From positions 630,001-662,000 of the forward strand of contig NC_013202.1 in the NCBI RefSeq assembly GCF_000023965.1: DNA of 32,000 bases, in the 5' to 3' direction. The stretch comes from Halomicrobium mukohataei DSM 12286 (GTDB lineage Archaea; Halobacteriota; Halobacteria; Halobacteriales; Haloarculaceae). The notes below the pieces were generated by a model. It did not search any database and was not told the DNA's origin. It was given only the letters and a program-made list of their open reading frames with translations. Positions 15,353-25,333 of the stretch are shown one piece after another. Position 1 is the first letter of the stretch, and every line of letters begins with the position of its first letter. A program made the position numbers and the translations under genes.

Positions 15353-18145
15353 ATGTCAGACAGTTCGAGCGGGTACGATCCGAGCGCGATCGAACCCAAG
15401 TGGCAGGCCGAGTGGGACGACGCCGAGGTGTTCCGGACCCCCGACAGCGCCGAGGACGTGGAGTACGTCCTGGCGATGTTCCCCTACACCTCCGGCAACC
15501 TCCACATGGGTCACGTCCGCAACTACACGATCACGGACGCCTACTCCCGGTACAGGCGCATGCAGGGCGAGGACGTGCTCCACCCGATGGGGTGGGACTC
15601 GTTCGGACTGCCCGCCGAGAACGCCGCCGAAGAGCGGGACACGAGCCCCGAGGAGTGGACCCGCAAGTGCATCGAGTCGATGAAGGCCCAGATGAGCGAG
15701 ATGGGCTTTGGCTACGACTGGGACCGGGAGGTCACGACCTGCGATCCGGAGTACTACCGGTGGAACCAGTGGCTGTTCAAGCGCTTCCACGAGGAGGGCC
15801 TCGTCGAGCGCAAGGGGTCGGAGGTCAACTGGTGTCCCTCCTGTGAGACGGTGCTTGCAGACGAGCAGGTCGAGGGCGAGGCAGAGCTGTGCTGGCGCTG
15901 TGACACGCCCGTCACCCAGCGCGACCTCGACCAGTGGTTCCTGACGATCACCGACTACGCCGACGAGCTGGTCGACGACATCGACGAGCTGGCGGGGTGG
16001 CCCGAGAGCGTGCGAGCGATGCAGCGAGACTGGATCGGCCGCCAGCACGGCGCGCGAGTCCCCTTCGAGGTGGAGGGGTACGGCGAGGTCGAGATCTTCA
16101 CGACGCGGCTGGACACGATCCACGGGGCGACCTTCTTCGCGGTGGCTCCGGACAGCGAGATCGCACAGGATCTCGCAAAAGAGGACGAGGACGTGGCCCA
16201 CTTCGTCGAGGAGGTCGCCGACCCCGACGGCGACGAGCCAAACGGCGTCGCCACCGACCTGACGGCGACCAACCCCGCGACGGGCGAGGACATCCCCGTC
16301 TTCGTCGCGGACTTCGTCCTCTCGGACGTGGGGACGGGCGCGCTGATGGCGGTGCCCGCCCACGACGAACGCGACCACGCCTTCGCGAGCAAGAAGGACG
16401 TGCCGATCCGGCCGGTGATCCGCCCGGAGGACAGCGAGGACGACCAGCGGGAGTCCTCGGGACAGGCGAGCGGGGACGACGGACCCGCGAGCGAGGGCGA
16501 CCTCCCCGATGTCGAGGAGACTGCCTTCACCGAGGACGGCGTCGTCGATCACAGTGCGGTGCCCGAGGACGCGGCCGGCGTCGGCGGCTCCGATCCGGCC
16601 GACTACGACGGTCTCGCGAGCGAGCAGGCCCGCAGCCAGCTCGAAGACGACCTGCCGGGTGCCGCTCACGACAAGCAGTACCGCCTGCGCGACTGGGGGA
16701 TCTCCCGGCAGCGCTACTGGGGGACGCCGATCCCGATGGTCCACTGCGAGGAGTGTGGCGCGGTACCGGTGCCCGACGAGGACCTCCCCGTCGAGCTCCC
16801 CGAGTTCGTCCAGACCACGGGGAACCCGCTGGACGAGGTCGACGAGTTCGTCCAGACGACCTGTCCCGACTGTGGCGGCCCCGCCGAACGCGAGACCGAC
16901 ACCATGGACACCTTCGTCGACTCCTCCTGGTACTTCCTGCGCTACACCTCGCCGGACCGCGAGGACGCGCCGTTCGACACCGCTCGCGCGAACGACTGGC
17001 TGCCGGTCGATCAGTACGTCGGCGGCATCGAACACGCCGTGATGCACCTGCTGTACGCTCGCTTCGTCACGAAGGCCATCTCGGATCTGGAGCTGCTCGA
17101 CCACCGCGAGCCGTTCCAGAACCTCGTCACCCAGGGGATGGTCCAGCTCGACGGCGAGAAGATGTCCAAGTCGAAGGGCAACGTCGTCTCCCCGCAGAAC
17201 ATCGTCGAGGAGTACGGGGCCGACACCGCGCGGCTGTTCATGATGCAGGCCGCCCGCCCCGAGCGGGACTTCGACTGGAAAGACGAGGGCGTCGAATCGA
17301 GTCACCGCTTCCTGACGCGGCTGTACGACGCCGTCGAGGCTCACGTCGGCTCCCCGCCCGCTGGCGAGGCCGGCGACGTGACCGACTACGTCCGCCACGA
17401 GATCGATCGGGTCACCGCCATCGCCGACGAGAGCTACGAGCAGCTGACGTTCACCGAAGCGCTGCGCGAGACCAGGGAGTTGCTCTCCCTGCTGGATCGC
17501 TACGCCGAGGCCACCGAGCCCCACGCCGAGACCGTCGAGGCAGCGCTGTCGACGATCGTTCGCCTGCTCGCGCCGGTCGCACCCCACGTCACGGAAGAGC
17601 TGTGGTCGGAGCTCGGTCGCGCGGACGACCAGCGGGAGTCCGCGGAACGAGCGAGCGGTGAAACCGCGAGCGACGAGGGCTTCGTCATCGAGGCCGAGTG
17701 GCCGACCGCCGACGGCGATCTCGACCGGCACCAGCTGGAGCGCCAGCTGGTCGAGGACACCCGCGAGGACGTGCGCCAGATCGTCGACGTGGCCGACATC
17801 GAGGACCCGAGCCACGTCGAGATCGCCGTCGCGCCCGAGTGGAAGTTCGAGGCCCACGCGATCGCTCGCGAGTTCGACGGTAACAACCTCGTCGGCGAGA
17901 TCATGAGCGACGAGCGGTTCCGCGGCGAGGACGGCGCACCGGACTACGCGAAGGACCTGCAGGCGGAGCTGCAGACCCTGACCGAGACACTCGACGCCGC
18001 GACCGAGGCCGAGGTGCTCGCGCGCGCTCGCTGGCTGATCGCCGAGGAGTTCGACGCCGAGGTGACCGTGCGGGCCGGCGAGGACGCCGACGCCGATCTG
18101 GTCCGGAAAGCCGAGCCGGGACGGCCGGCGATCAACATCGAGTGA
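15353..18145 (+). CDS. leuS: leucine--tRNA ligase
   Basis: HIGH-type motif NLHMGHVRNY and the KMSKS motif. Length is typical of archaeal LeuRS. ATG 15353 is favoured by an ATTTAG box at 15316-15322; the ORF also opens at 15335. Confidence 0.95.
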   Translation: MSDSSSGYDPSAIEPKWQAEWDDAEVFRTPDSAEDVEYVLAMFPYTSGNLHMGHVRNYTITDAYSRYRRMQGEDVLHPMGWDSFGLPAENAAEERDTSPEEWTRKCIESMKAQMSEMGFGYDWDREVTTCDPEYYRWNQWLFKRFHEEGLVERKGSEVNWCPSCETVLADEQVEGEAELCWRCDTPVTQRDLDQWFLTITDYADELVDDIDELAGWPESVRAMQRDWIGRQHGARVPFEVEGYGEVEIFTTRLDTIHGATFFAVAPDSEIAQDLAKEDEDVAHFVEEVADPDGDEPNGVATDLTATNPATGEDIPVFVADFVLSDVGTGALMAVPAHDERDHAFASKKDVPIRPVIRPEDSEDDQRESSGQASGDDGPASEGDLPDVEETAFTEDGVVDHSAVPEDAAGVGGSDPADYDGLASEQARSQLEDDLPGAAHDKQYRLRDWGISRQRYWGTPIPMVHCEECGAVPVPDEDLPVELPEFVQTTGNPLDEVDEFVQTTCPDCGGPAERETDTMDTFVDSSWYFLRYTSPDREDAPFDTARANDWLPVDQYVGGIEHAVMHLLYARFVTKAISDLELLDHREPFQNLVTQGMVQLDGEKMSKSKGNVVSPQNIVEEYGADTARLFMMQAARPERDFDWKDEGVESSHRFLTRLYDAVEAHVGSPPAGEAGDVTDYVRHEIDRVTAIADESYEQLTFTEALRETRELLSLLDRYAEATEPHAETVEAALSTIVRLLAPVAPHVTEELWSELGRADDQRESAERASGETASDEGFVIEAEWPTADGDLDRHQLERQLVEDTREDVRQIVDVADIEDPSHVEIAVAPEWKFEAHAIAREFDGNNLVGEIMSDERFRGEDGAPDYAKDLQAELQTLTETLDAATEAEVLARARWLIAEEFDAEVTVRAGEDADADLVRKAEPGRPAINIE

Positions 18146-18225
18146 GCGATTCCGAACGGGGGCGTCGCTGGACCGCGGGCTGTCGGGGATCCGCTTAAGT
18201 ACTCGAACACACTAACGTATTAGGT

Positions 18226-20478
18226 ATGAGGCCGGACGAAGAGGCGGCAGACGCCGCCGACGGCGAGACCGTGGGGAAGAGTGACGCCGACGCCGGGGGG
18301 CGAGGCGAGCAACCGATCGAACGCGCGACGGAGGCGCGGGTCGTGACCGACGGCGGCGTCGATGCCGCCATCGAGGGCGCGAGCGTCGAGCAGTACGCGG
18401 GTATCGTCGGGGCGCTGGAGGACGGCGTCTACGTCCTCGACGAGGACGGTCACTTCACGTTCGTCAACGAGGCGATGGTCGAGCTGACCGGCTACGACGA
18501 GACGGAGCTCCGGGGCGAACCCGTCACCAGGATCAAGGACCGGGAGACCGGCGAACGGACCGAGACGGCGCTGGCGGCGCTGCGCGACGGAGAGACAGAG
18601 GACCTCGACCGGACCTTCGGCCTCTCGGTACAGCCCAAGCGAGGCGAGCCCATCGCCTGCGAAGAGCACGTGACGGCGCTGTTCGACGACGGGCAGTTCC
18701 GCGGCGTCGTCGGAATCGTCCGGGACATCTCCGATCGACGGCGGCACCGAGAGCTGATATCACAGCTACAGGAGACCTCGCGATCGCTCATGCAGGCTCC
18801 GAGCCGGGAGTCGGTCGCGGACATCGTCGCGAACGCGGCCCGGCAGGTGCTCGGCTTCGAGCTGAGTGCCGTCCGGCTGTACGACGCCGACGAGCGCGTG
18901 TTGCGACCGACGGCGACGACCGACGCCACCGACGACCAGCTCCCCGAGCGGCCGGTGTACGCCCTCGACGAGGGCCAGCCCGGCACCGTCTTCGCGTCGG
19001 GAGAACCCGCAGTCTACGACGACGTGCGAACGATCGAGGACCCCGACGGGGAGTTCGGGCCGGTCCGCTCGGCCATGTACTTCCCGATCGGCGTCCACGG
19101 GACCCTGACCGTCGCCTCGACGACGGTGGGTGCCTTCGACGAGAACGACCGACAGGTGGCCGCGCTGCTGGCGATCAACGCCGCCGCGGCGTGCAACCGC
19201 GCCAAGCGCGAACAGGAGGTGCGAGAGGCCCGCGAGCGCATCGAGACGATCCTCGAACGGATCAACGGGCTGATCCAGAACACCGTCGAGGTGCTGGTCG
19301 AGGCCACCACGCGCGAGCAGGTCGAGGCCGGCGTCTGCGAGCAGCTCGTCGCCGTCGAACCCTACACCTTCGCGTGGCTCGGTCGGCCGGACGTGCGCGC
19401 CGAGACGATCAGCGCCCGCGAGTGGGCCGGCAGTCAGCCCAGCGGCGCGGCCACCGCCTCGGACGGCGAGCGAGACGGACCCGCCGGAGCGCCACCCATC
19501 GACGTCGCGGACGTGGCCGAACCGATCGACGGCGACACGCCGGGTGCGCAGGCCCTCGAATCCGAGGGGCCGAAGGTACTGGAGGGAGACGCGCTCGAAG
19601 ACGCCGGTGGCTGGTTCCGGTCGGCCGCCGAGAACGGCGTCCGGTCGGTGATGGCGATTCCGCTGTCGTACACGGACTCGAACTACGGCGTGTTGTACGT
19701 CTGTGCCGACCAGACCGACGCGTTCGACCAACGGGAGAAGGTCGTCCTGCAGGCGCTGGGTCGGGCCGTCGCGAACGCGATCAACGCCATCGAGAGCGGC
19801 CGAATCCTCAGTGCCAACAAGGTGATCGAGCTTGAGTTCACCGTCGACGACCGGGACCTGCTACTGTCGCGCCTCTCCGGTCGAGCCGGCGGAACGATCG
19901 CCTCCGCCGGGACCGTGACACAAGAAGACGGGTCGCTGCGGCTGTATCTCACCACCCAGGACGCCGACACCGACGAGGTGATGGCCGTGCTGGACGCCGA
20001 CGACGCCGTCGAGTCCGCGAGCCGGGTGGCCGAACACGACGACGAGGCGCTGTTCGACGTGACCGTCACGGAGTCGCTGATCGCGACGCTCGTCGACCAC
20101 GGGGCCGTCCCGAAGTCGATCGTCAGCGAGAACGGGATCGCCCGCTACAACATCGAACTCCCCTACGAGGCGGAGGCCCGCGAGGTGTTCGGGCTCGTCG
20201 AAGACAACTACGACTCGACGGACCTGGTCGGCTACCACGAGCACGAGCGTCCCGTCCAGACCCAACAGGAGTTCCGCGCCGCGCTGGCCGACCGGTTCAC
20301 CGACCGACAGGAGACGGCGCTCCGGACGGCGTACCTCGGCGGCTTCTTCGAGTGGCCCCGCGAGGTCGACGGCGACGAACTCGCCGGTGGGATGGACATC
20401 TCCCGACCGACCTACCACCAGCACCTCCGGGCCGCCCAGCACAAGGTCTTCGAAGAGCTGTTCGAAGGCGGCTACTAG
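18226..20478 (+). CDS. bacterio-opsin-activator-like regulator (PAS + GAF domains + C-terminal HTH-10)
   Basis: PAS-like GVYVLDEDGHFTFVNEAMVELTGYDETEL, GAF-like segments, and a C-terminal DRQETALRTAYLGGFFEWPRE...ISRPTYHQHLRAAQHKVF. A TTAAGTA box lies about 28 nt upstream. Confidence 0.85.
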   Translation: MRPDEEAADAADGETVGKSDADAGGRGEQPIERATEARVVTDGGVDAAIEGASVEQYAGIVGALEDGVYVLDEDGHFTFVNEAMVELTGYDETELRGEPVTRIKDRETGERTETALAALRDGETEDLDRTFGLSVQPKRGEPIACEEHVTALFDDGQFRGVVGIVRDISDRRRHRELISQLQETSRSLMQAPSRESVADIVANAARQVLGFELSAVRLYDADERVLRPTATTDATDDQLPERPVYALDEGQPGTVFASGEPAVYDDVRTIEDPDGEFGPVRSAMYFPIGVHGTLTVASTTVGAFDENDRQVAALLAINAAAACNRAKREQEVREARERIETILERINGLIQNTVEVLVEATTREQVEAGVCEQLVAVEPYTFAWLGRPDVRAETISAREWAGSQPSGAATASDGERDGPAGAPPIDVADVAEPIDGDTPGAQALESEGPKVLEGDALEDAGGWFRSAAENGVRSVMAIPLSYTDSNYGVLYVCADQTDAFDQREKVVLQALGRAVANAINAIESGRILSANKVIELEFTVDDRDLLLSRLSGRAGGTIASAGTVTQEDGSLRLYLTTQDADTDEVMAVLDADDAVESASRVAEHDDEALFDVTVTESLIATLVDHGAVPKSIVSENGIARYNIELPYEAEAREVFGLVEDNYDSTDLVGYHEHERPVQTQQEFRAALADRFTDRQETALRTAYLGGFFEWPREVDGDELAGGMDISRPTYHQHLRAAQHKVFEELFEGGY

Positions 20479-20615
20479 GGCGCTGGAGTTCGTCGCTGTC
20501 ACAGAGACGAACACCTCGAAAGCCCTCTGTGCGCCCTTTCATCCGCCAGGGCGTGGTCGGTTGAGCAGGCTACGGGAGCGGCGGACGGAAGCGATGCGCG
20601 CCAGCGAGAGCGCAA

Positions 20616-21410
20616 TCACTCCATCGCGGCCCGGATCTGGGAGCGCAGCGACGCCTCGATGGGTGTCGGGTCCCGAAGGCGGATGTCGTCGGCCGAGAGC
20701 TCCATCGGCGATGGAGGAGTGCGGTCGACGATCGACAGCGCGGGCTCGGTGCCGGTCTCCTCGGCGACGATCGACTGGATCGACTCGCCGACCGCGGCGT
20801 TCGTGAAGGTGTACGACGAGACCGCAGCGGGGGTCTCGACGGCGAACGAGCCGGTCCCGAGTTCGCGGAGGAAGGCACAGAGATCGCCCACGTCGACGTA
20901 GGGGCGAACGATCTCGCCGTCTCCCCAGACCTCGATCTCGCCGTCGAGGGCCTGTTCGATCATGTCCTGGGCCTGTCCCCGCGGGGCGGGACCGCCGACG
21001 ACGTTGGGAAACCGGACGGTCGTGACCCCGTCGTACTCGCTGACGGCCCCCTCCGCGAGGTGCTTGGAGTGGCCGTAGCGGTTGACCTGGTCGGCGGCGG
21101 CGATGCTGGAGGCGAACACCACCGGAACGTCGCGTTCGCGGGCGACGCCGACGACGGTCGCCGTCCCCATGACGTTGTTCTCGACGAGGTGTCGCCAGTC
21201 GTCGGTCCACACGTCGGCGTCGGCCGCGAGGTGGTAGACCGCGTCGAAGTCGTGTGCCTCGAACAGCGCCTCGACGCGGTCGGCGTCCCGGATGTCGTCG
21301 GCCGGATCGGCCGCGTTGTCGAAGCCGACGACCTCGTGGCCGGCCGCCGAGAGCTGGTCTGTCAGCACACCGCCGATGTACCCCGCGTGTCCGGTGACGA
21401 GCGCGTTCAT
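20616..21410 (-). CDS. NAD-dependent epimerase/dehydratase family protein
   Basis: The N-terminal Rossmann motif is MNALVTGHAGYIGG. 264 aa. Confidence 0.8.
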   Translation of the reverse strand: MNALVTGHAGYIGGVLTDQLSAAGHEVVGFDNAADPADDIRDADRVEALFEAHDFDAVYHLAADADVWTDDWRHLVENNVMGTATVVGVARERDVPVVFASSIAAADQVNRYGHSKHLAEGAVSEYDGVTTVRFPNVVGGPAPRGQAQDMIEQALDGEIEVWGDGEIVRPYVDVGDLCAFLRELGTGSFAVETPAAVSSYTFTNAAVGESIQSIVAEETGTEPALSIVDRTPPSPMELSADDIRLRDPTPIEASLRSQIRAAME

Positions 21411-21451
21411 TGCTCGTAGTTGCGCTGGCGGTTATTTGAATCCGGTGAAGA

Positions 21452-22237
21452 TCAGGACAGCTCCGAGAGCGTCTTCTCCGCCCACGTGACGGCGTATTCC
21501 GGGCCGTACTCGCCGTACGCGCTGGTGTCGAGGGCTGCGAACGGAGCCGGGACCTCGACGCCGTGTTTGATCGCCGAGCAAGCCAGCTCCGCGGCCGCGG
21601 GGAACTTCGTCCGCCCCATCGCGACCTCTCCGGAGAGGTCGCCCAGGCGCGGTTCGAGGCGCTCGCCCGCGTCGACCCACGCGTCGAACAGCGCCGGCAG
21701 GTCGCCCTCCCAGTCGGCGAACACCGGACGCGTCTGCAAGCCGACGAAGGCGTCGAAGACCGCCGCCGCGAGCTGGTAGGTACCGGCCGGCGAGAGGTGG
21801 GCGTCGGTCGCCGCCGCGAACGCCCGGTACCGCTCCTCGAAGAAGCCGAGGAACTGTTCGGGAACGCCCAGCCCGGTGGCGACCAGCGCCTCGGCCAACA
21901 GAAAGTCGACGAAGTCGTCCGGCGAGCCCGCCAGCCGAGGCTTGACCAGCACGACCGGCGGATCGGTCTGACGAGTCCAGGCGACGCCGCCGTCGCCGGG
22001 CATACCGACGGTGAAGTCACTCGACGCGAACGCGTGGAGCTCTGCGGGCGCGTCGTCGGGCACCCACTCGTCGGGAGAGGACAGCGGAGCCACGTCGTCG
22101 GTGACCAGCAGGAGCTCCTCGGCAACAGCCGGATCCAGCGTCTCGAAGTCCCGCTCGCAGTCCAGCACGAGGGCGTCGGGCGCGTGGCGCTCGCGGACGG
22201 CCGCCAGCTCCCCGTCGAGGGAGCGCTCGCTGAACAT
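21452..22237 (-). CDS. conserved hypothetical protein (261 aa, acidic, soluble)
   Basis: A long ORF with high GC3. Its ATG directly abuts the stop of the upstream micro-ORF (TAGATG). No family recognised. Confidence 0.65.
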   Translation of the reverse strand: MFSERSLDGELAAVRERHAPDALVLDCERDFETLDPAVAEELLLVTDDVAPLSSPDEWVPDDAPAELHAFASSDFTVGMPGDGGVAWTRQTDPPVVLVKPRLAGSPDDFVDFLLAEALVATGLGVPEQFLGFFEERYRAFAAATDAHLSPAGTYQLAAAVFDAFVGLQTRPVFADWEGDLPALFDAWVDAGERLEPRLGDLSGEVAMGRTKFPAAAELACSAIKHGVEVPAPFAALDTSAYGEYGPEYAVTWAEKTLSELS

Positions 22238-22327
22238 CTACGCGAGCGCGAGGTTCGCGATCAGTGCCAGCGACAGCAGCGCCGAGACGGCGATGGTCCC
22301 GAGGACGATCTTCGTTGGGTTGCTCAT
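22238..22327 (-). CDS. 29-aa single-helix membrane micro-protein MSNPTKIVLGTIAVSALLSLALIANLALA
   Basis: Not in the ORF track because it is under 60 aa. It has an ATG start, 27 of 29 codons end in G/C, and a CTTTAAT box lies about 28 nt upstream. Its stop is immediately followed by the ATG of the 261-aa gene. Confidence 0.45.
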   Translation of the reverse strand: MSNPTKIVLGTIAVSALLSLALIANLALA

Positions 22328-22351
22328 ACCGGTTGCTGGGTCGGGTTCGGC

Positions 22352-22358
22352 ATTAAAG
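22352..22358 (-). promoter_or_regulatory. TATA-like box (CTTTAAT on the minus strand) positioned for a leaderless micro-ORF transcript
   Basis: It lies about 25-31 nt upstream of ATG 22327, in the 39-nt gap after the MATE gene stop. Confidence 0.35.
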
Positions 22359-22366
22359 CTTCAGTT

Positions 22367-23863
22367 CTAGTCGTCGGCCCCCACGCCGGAGGCCCGCGCG
22401 ACGGCGCGCCACTTTCCCGTCCAGAAGCGACCGGTGTTGACCGCGGCCTTGACGTAGTAGTCGCCGACGATGGCCGCGAAGATGGCGGGCAGTCCCCAGC
22501 CCATGCCGGGCGTGAGGGTGATCCCGAGGACGGGGACCGTCACGGCGAAGCCAACGGGGAGCGCGAGGACGGCGACGGGGATGCGATAGAGGTAGGAGCC
22601 GACGAAGGTGCCATAGAGGGGCCAGCGGGTGTCCCCAGCGCCCCGGAGGCTGCCACGCATCGTCCGAGAGACGCTGAAGCCGGCGACCGCCAGCGCGAAC
22701 ACGCGGATGAACGTGACCGTCAAGTCCGGGTACTCCGTCCCGAAGAGCAGCGAGATGGGACGGGCAAAGACCACCAGCACGGCGGCGATCAGCAGCTGCG
22801 TGACCAGCGCGATCCGCAGCGTCTGCCAGCCGTACTCCCCGGCGTCGGTGTCGTCGCCGGCCCCGACGTACTGGCCCACGAGCGTGCTGGCGGCCGTCGA
22901 GTACCCCCAGGCGGGCATCAGCGCGAGCAACATCACGCGGCGACCGATCGCGAAGGCGGCGACCGTCGGCGTCCCGAGCACGCCCAGCACGAACAGGAAC
23001 GGGAAGCGAGCGAACGTCTGGAGCAGGCGCATCCCCGAAAGCGGGAGCGCGACGCGGACGATCTCGGTCAACAGACCGAGATCCAGCTGGCGGCCGCCGA
23101 GTCGGAGCGTCACGACGTAGCGCCCGGACGCCAGCAGCGCGAAGAAGACGGCCGCCGCGAGCGTGTTGGCGACGGCGGTCCCGATGGCGGCACCGGCGAT
23201 CCCCAGCCGCGGCGCGGGGCCGAGCCCGAAGATCAGGACCGCGTTGAGGACGACGTTGGTCGGCAGCGTCAGCAGGCGGACGTACATCGGCGTCCGGGTG
23301 TCCGCGCTGCCGGCGAGCGCCCGCGCCGCGACCATGCTCCAGAACCGCGGGGCCAGCGACAGCATCACGATCGAGAGGTAGAGCCCGCCGAAACGGATCG
23401 CGTCGGGGTCGCCCGTGAGAAGTCCCACCAGCGGCTCGGCGTACAGCCACGAGACGGCCGTCAGGGGCACCGAGATCAGGAGCGCGAGCCACAGCGACTG
23501 CTTGACCGCGAGGTCCGCGCGCTCGGGCTCGCCAGCGCCCTGGAGCCGGGAGACGACGCTGATCGTCCCCGACGTGACCGCAAGCGACAGCCCGAAGCCG
23601 ATGAAGTAGTACTGGAAACCGAGCTCCAGCCCGGCGATCGCGGCGTCGCCAAGCGCGAGTCCGACCATCGCGAAGTCGGCGATTCGCAGGAAGATCCGGA
23701 GGCCGCCGGTGACCATCACGGGCGCGGCCAGGTCGAGCGCCTCCGTCGACTTCTCCCGGTCGACGAGCCCGTACTGCGCCAGCAGCGCCGGGAAACCGTC
23801 GATGAACCGGCCGGGGAGTGCGGAGAGCCAGGCGACCAGCCGAGCGAGCAGGCGACGGGCCAT
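22367..23863 (-). CDS. MATE family efflux transporter
   Basis: 498 aa with about 12 hydrophobic helices. The N-terminal region (ALDLAAPVMVTGGLRIFLRIADFAMVG) is typical of MATE/DinF proteins. Confidence 0.85.
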   Translation of the reverse strand: MARRLLARLVAWLSALPGRFIDGFPALLAQYGLVDREKSTEALDLAAPVMVTGGLRIFLRIADFAMVGLALGDAAIAGLELGFQYYFIGFGLSLAVTSGTISVVSRLQGAGEPERADLAVKQSLWLALLISVPLTAVSWLYAEPLVGLLTGDPDAIRFGGLYLSIVMLSLAPRFWSMVAARALAGSADTRTPMYVRLLTLPTNVVLNAVLIFGLGPAPRLGIAGAAIGTAVANTLAAAVFFALLASGRYVVTLRLGGRQLDLGLLTEIVRVALPLSGMRLLQTFARFPFLFVLGVLGTPTVAAFAIGRRVMLLALMPAWGYSTAASTLVGQYVGAGDDTDAGEYGWQTLRIALVTQLLIAAVLVVFARPISLLFGTEYPDLTVTFIRVFALAVAGFSVSRTMRGSLRGAGDTRWPLYGTFVGSYLYRIPVAVLALPVGFAVTVPVLGITLTPGMGWGLPAIFAAIVGDYYVKAAVNTGRFWTGKWRAVARASGVGADD

Positions 23864-23944
23864 CGAGACGAAATGGAGACCGAACGCTACTGAGGGTTTC
23901 GCTGGCGATAGACGAACCGTCGAAATCGAACGCGAAGGCGGCCG

Positions 23945-25333
23945 TCAGTCGTCCTGTGCGGGCGCTTTCGCCTGCTCCTCGTCTTCGTCGGCGATCTCGG
24001 CGCGCGGGAAGTTCTCGATGGTCGCCGAGCGGAACCCGTCCTTGTCGAACTCGTAGTCGTCGCCCAGCGCCTCGACGAGGTGCTCGGTGTCGCGCATGGC
24101 GTTTTTCAGGCTCGTGGAGGCACCCGGCGAGGGCGTGATGTTGAAGATCACGTCGTCGTCGGTGATCTTGGCCTCGCCCATGTCCAGGGTCTTGTTGTCG
24201 GTGTCGACGATCTGTGGACGGACGCCGCCGTACCCCTTCGCGCGGTCGATGTCGTCCAGTTCGGCGGTCGGAACGACCTTCTGGACGTGGGGCAGGAAGG
24301 CCCGCTTGCCGACCTCGGGCAGGTCGTAGACGAGGTTCTTCAGCACGTAGGGCAGCAGGATGCGATCGGCGAGGATGTTGGCGTAGCTCAGGAACGAGTG
24401 GACGTTCAGGCCGAACACGTCGAAGAAGTCACTGACGGTCGAGAGTTCGCCCCGTTCGAGCGCGGGGACGAGCTTGGCCGTCGGTCCGAAGCGCGTGACC
24501 GAGTCGTCGTGTACGTCGGCGTCGCCGTGGACCGCCGCGAAGGGCAGCTTCTTCATCTGGAGGGTGTACACCTTGCCGTTGAGGAAGTCGTCGGCCAGGA
24601 AGAAACTGCCCGCGACGGGCAATAGCGACATCCCCTCGCCGTAGCCCATCTCCTTGGCGATCTGGAGGCTGTGAGAGCCCGCGGCGACGACGGCCGCGTC
24701 GGACTCGAACCAGCCCGCGTCGGTCTGGAAGATGTAGCCGTCCTCGGTGTCGTCCATCTGGGTGACCTCGGTGCCGGTGAACACGTCGACGCCGTCGATC
24801 TCCTCGGCGTCCTCGACGAACGAGTGGGAAACGTCGCCGTAGTCGACGACGTAGCCGTCCGGGGTCTGGAGCGCGAGCATCTCCTCGGTCGGGTCTCGGC
24901 CCTCGACGACCTTCGGCTCGATCTCGGCGATCTCGTCGCGGTCGATGGCGTCGAGTTTGGGGAACAGGTCGCCAAAGCCCTCCTCGTAGTAGCGGTCTTC
25001 GAGGCTCTGGACCTCCTCGTCCCCGACGGCCAGCACCATCTTCGAGCGCTTGCTGTGCATCTCGCGGTCCGGGTCCACGTTTTCGAGATAGCCCGCGAGC
25101 ATCTCCGCGCCCTCCTTGACCTGCTCGGCTTTTTCGAGCGTGTAGTTGGTCTCGATGTCGCCGAAGTGTAAGGTCTGGGAGTTGTTCGTGTGATGCGAGT
25201 TGATCGCCGCAATCTCCGATTCCTTCTCGACGAGCGCGATTTTCTCGATGTCGGTGAAGTTCGCGACCGTGTAGAGAAGCGATGCGCCACTGATCCCACC
25301 GCCGACGATAACGAGGTCGTATTGCTCTGTCAT
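23945..25333 (-). CDS. mqo: FAD-dependent oxidoreductase, malate:quinone oxidoreductase-like
   Basis: FAD fold DLVIVGGGISGAS. NNSQTLHFGDIETNYT resembles the Mqo signature NNAGTGHSALxELNYT. 462 aa. Confidence 0.65.
   Translation of the reverse strand: MTEQYDLVIVGGGISGASLLYTVANFTDIEKIALVEKESEIAAINSHHTNNSQTLHFGDIETNYTLEKAEQVKEGAEMLAGYLENVDPDREMHSKRSKMVLAVGDEEVQSLEDRYYEEGFGDLFPKLDAIDRDEIAEIEPKVVEGRDPTEEMLALQTPDGYVVDYGDVSHSFVEDAEEIDGVDVFTGTEVTQMDDTEDGYIFQTDAGWFESDAAVVAAGSHSLQIAKEMGYGEGMSLLPVAGSFFLADDFLNGKVYTLQMKKLPFAAVHGDADVHDDSVTRFGPTAKLVPALERGELSTVSDFFDVFGLNVHSFLSYANILADRILLPYVLKNLVYDLPEVGKRAFLPHVQKVVPTAELDDIDRAKGYGGVRPQIVDTDNKTLDMGEAKITDDDVIFNITPSPGASTSLKNAMRDTEHLVEALGDDYEFDKDGFRSATIENFPRAEIADEDEEQAKAPAQDD

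Noticed and set aside
15752-15760. TACTACCGG within leuS resembles the MITE left terminus.
   Set aside because: Only 9 nt match before divergence. It lies in a conserved PEYYRWNQW coding block, and there is no partner terminus at the right distance.
20488-20512. The hairpin GTTCGTCgCTGTcACAGaGACGAAC after the Bat-like gene shares CTGTCACAGA with MITE hairpin 1.
   Set aside because: A 10-nt match is within chance expectation, and there are no MITE termini nearby. It may be a transcript-end structure between convergent genes, but it has no T-run, so I do not call it a terminator.
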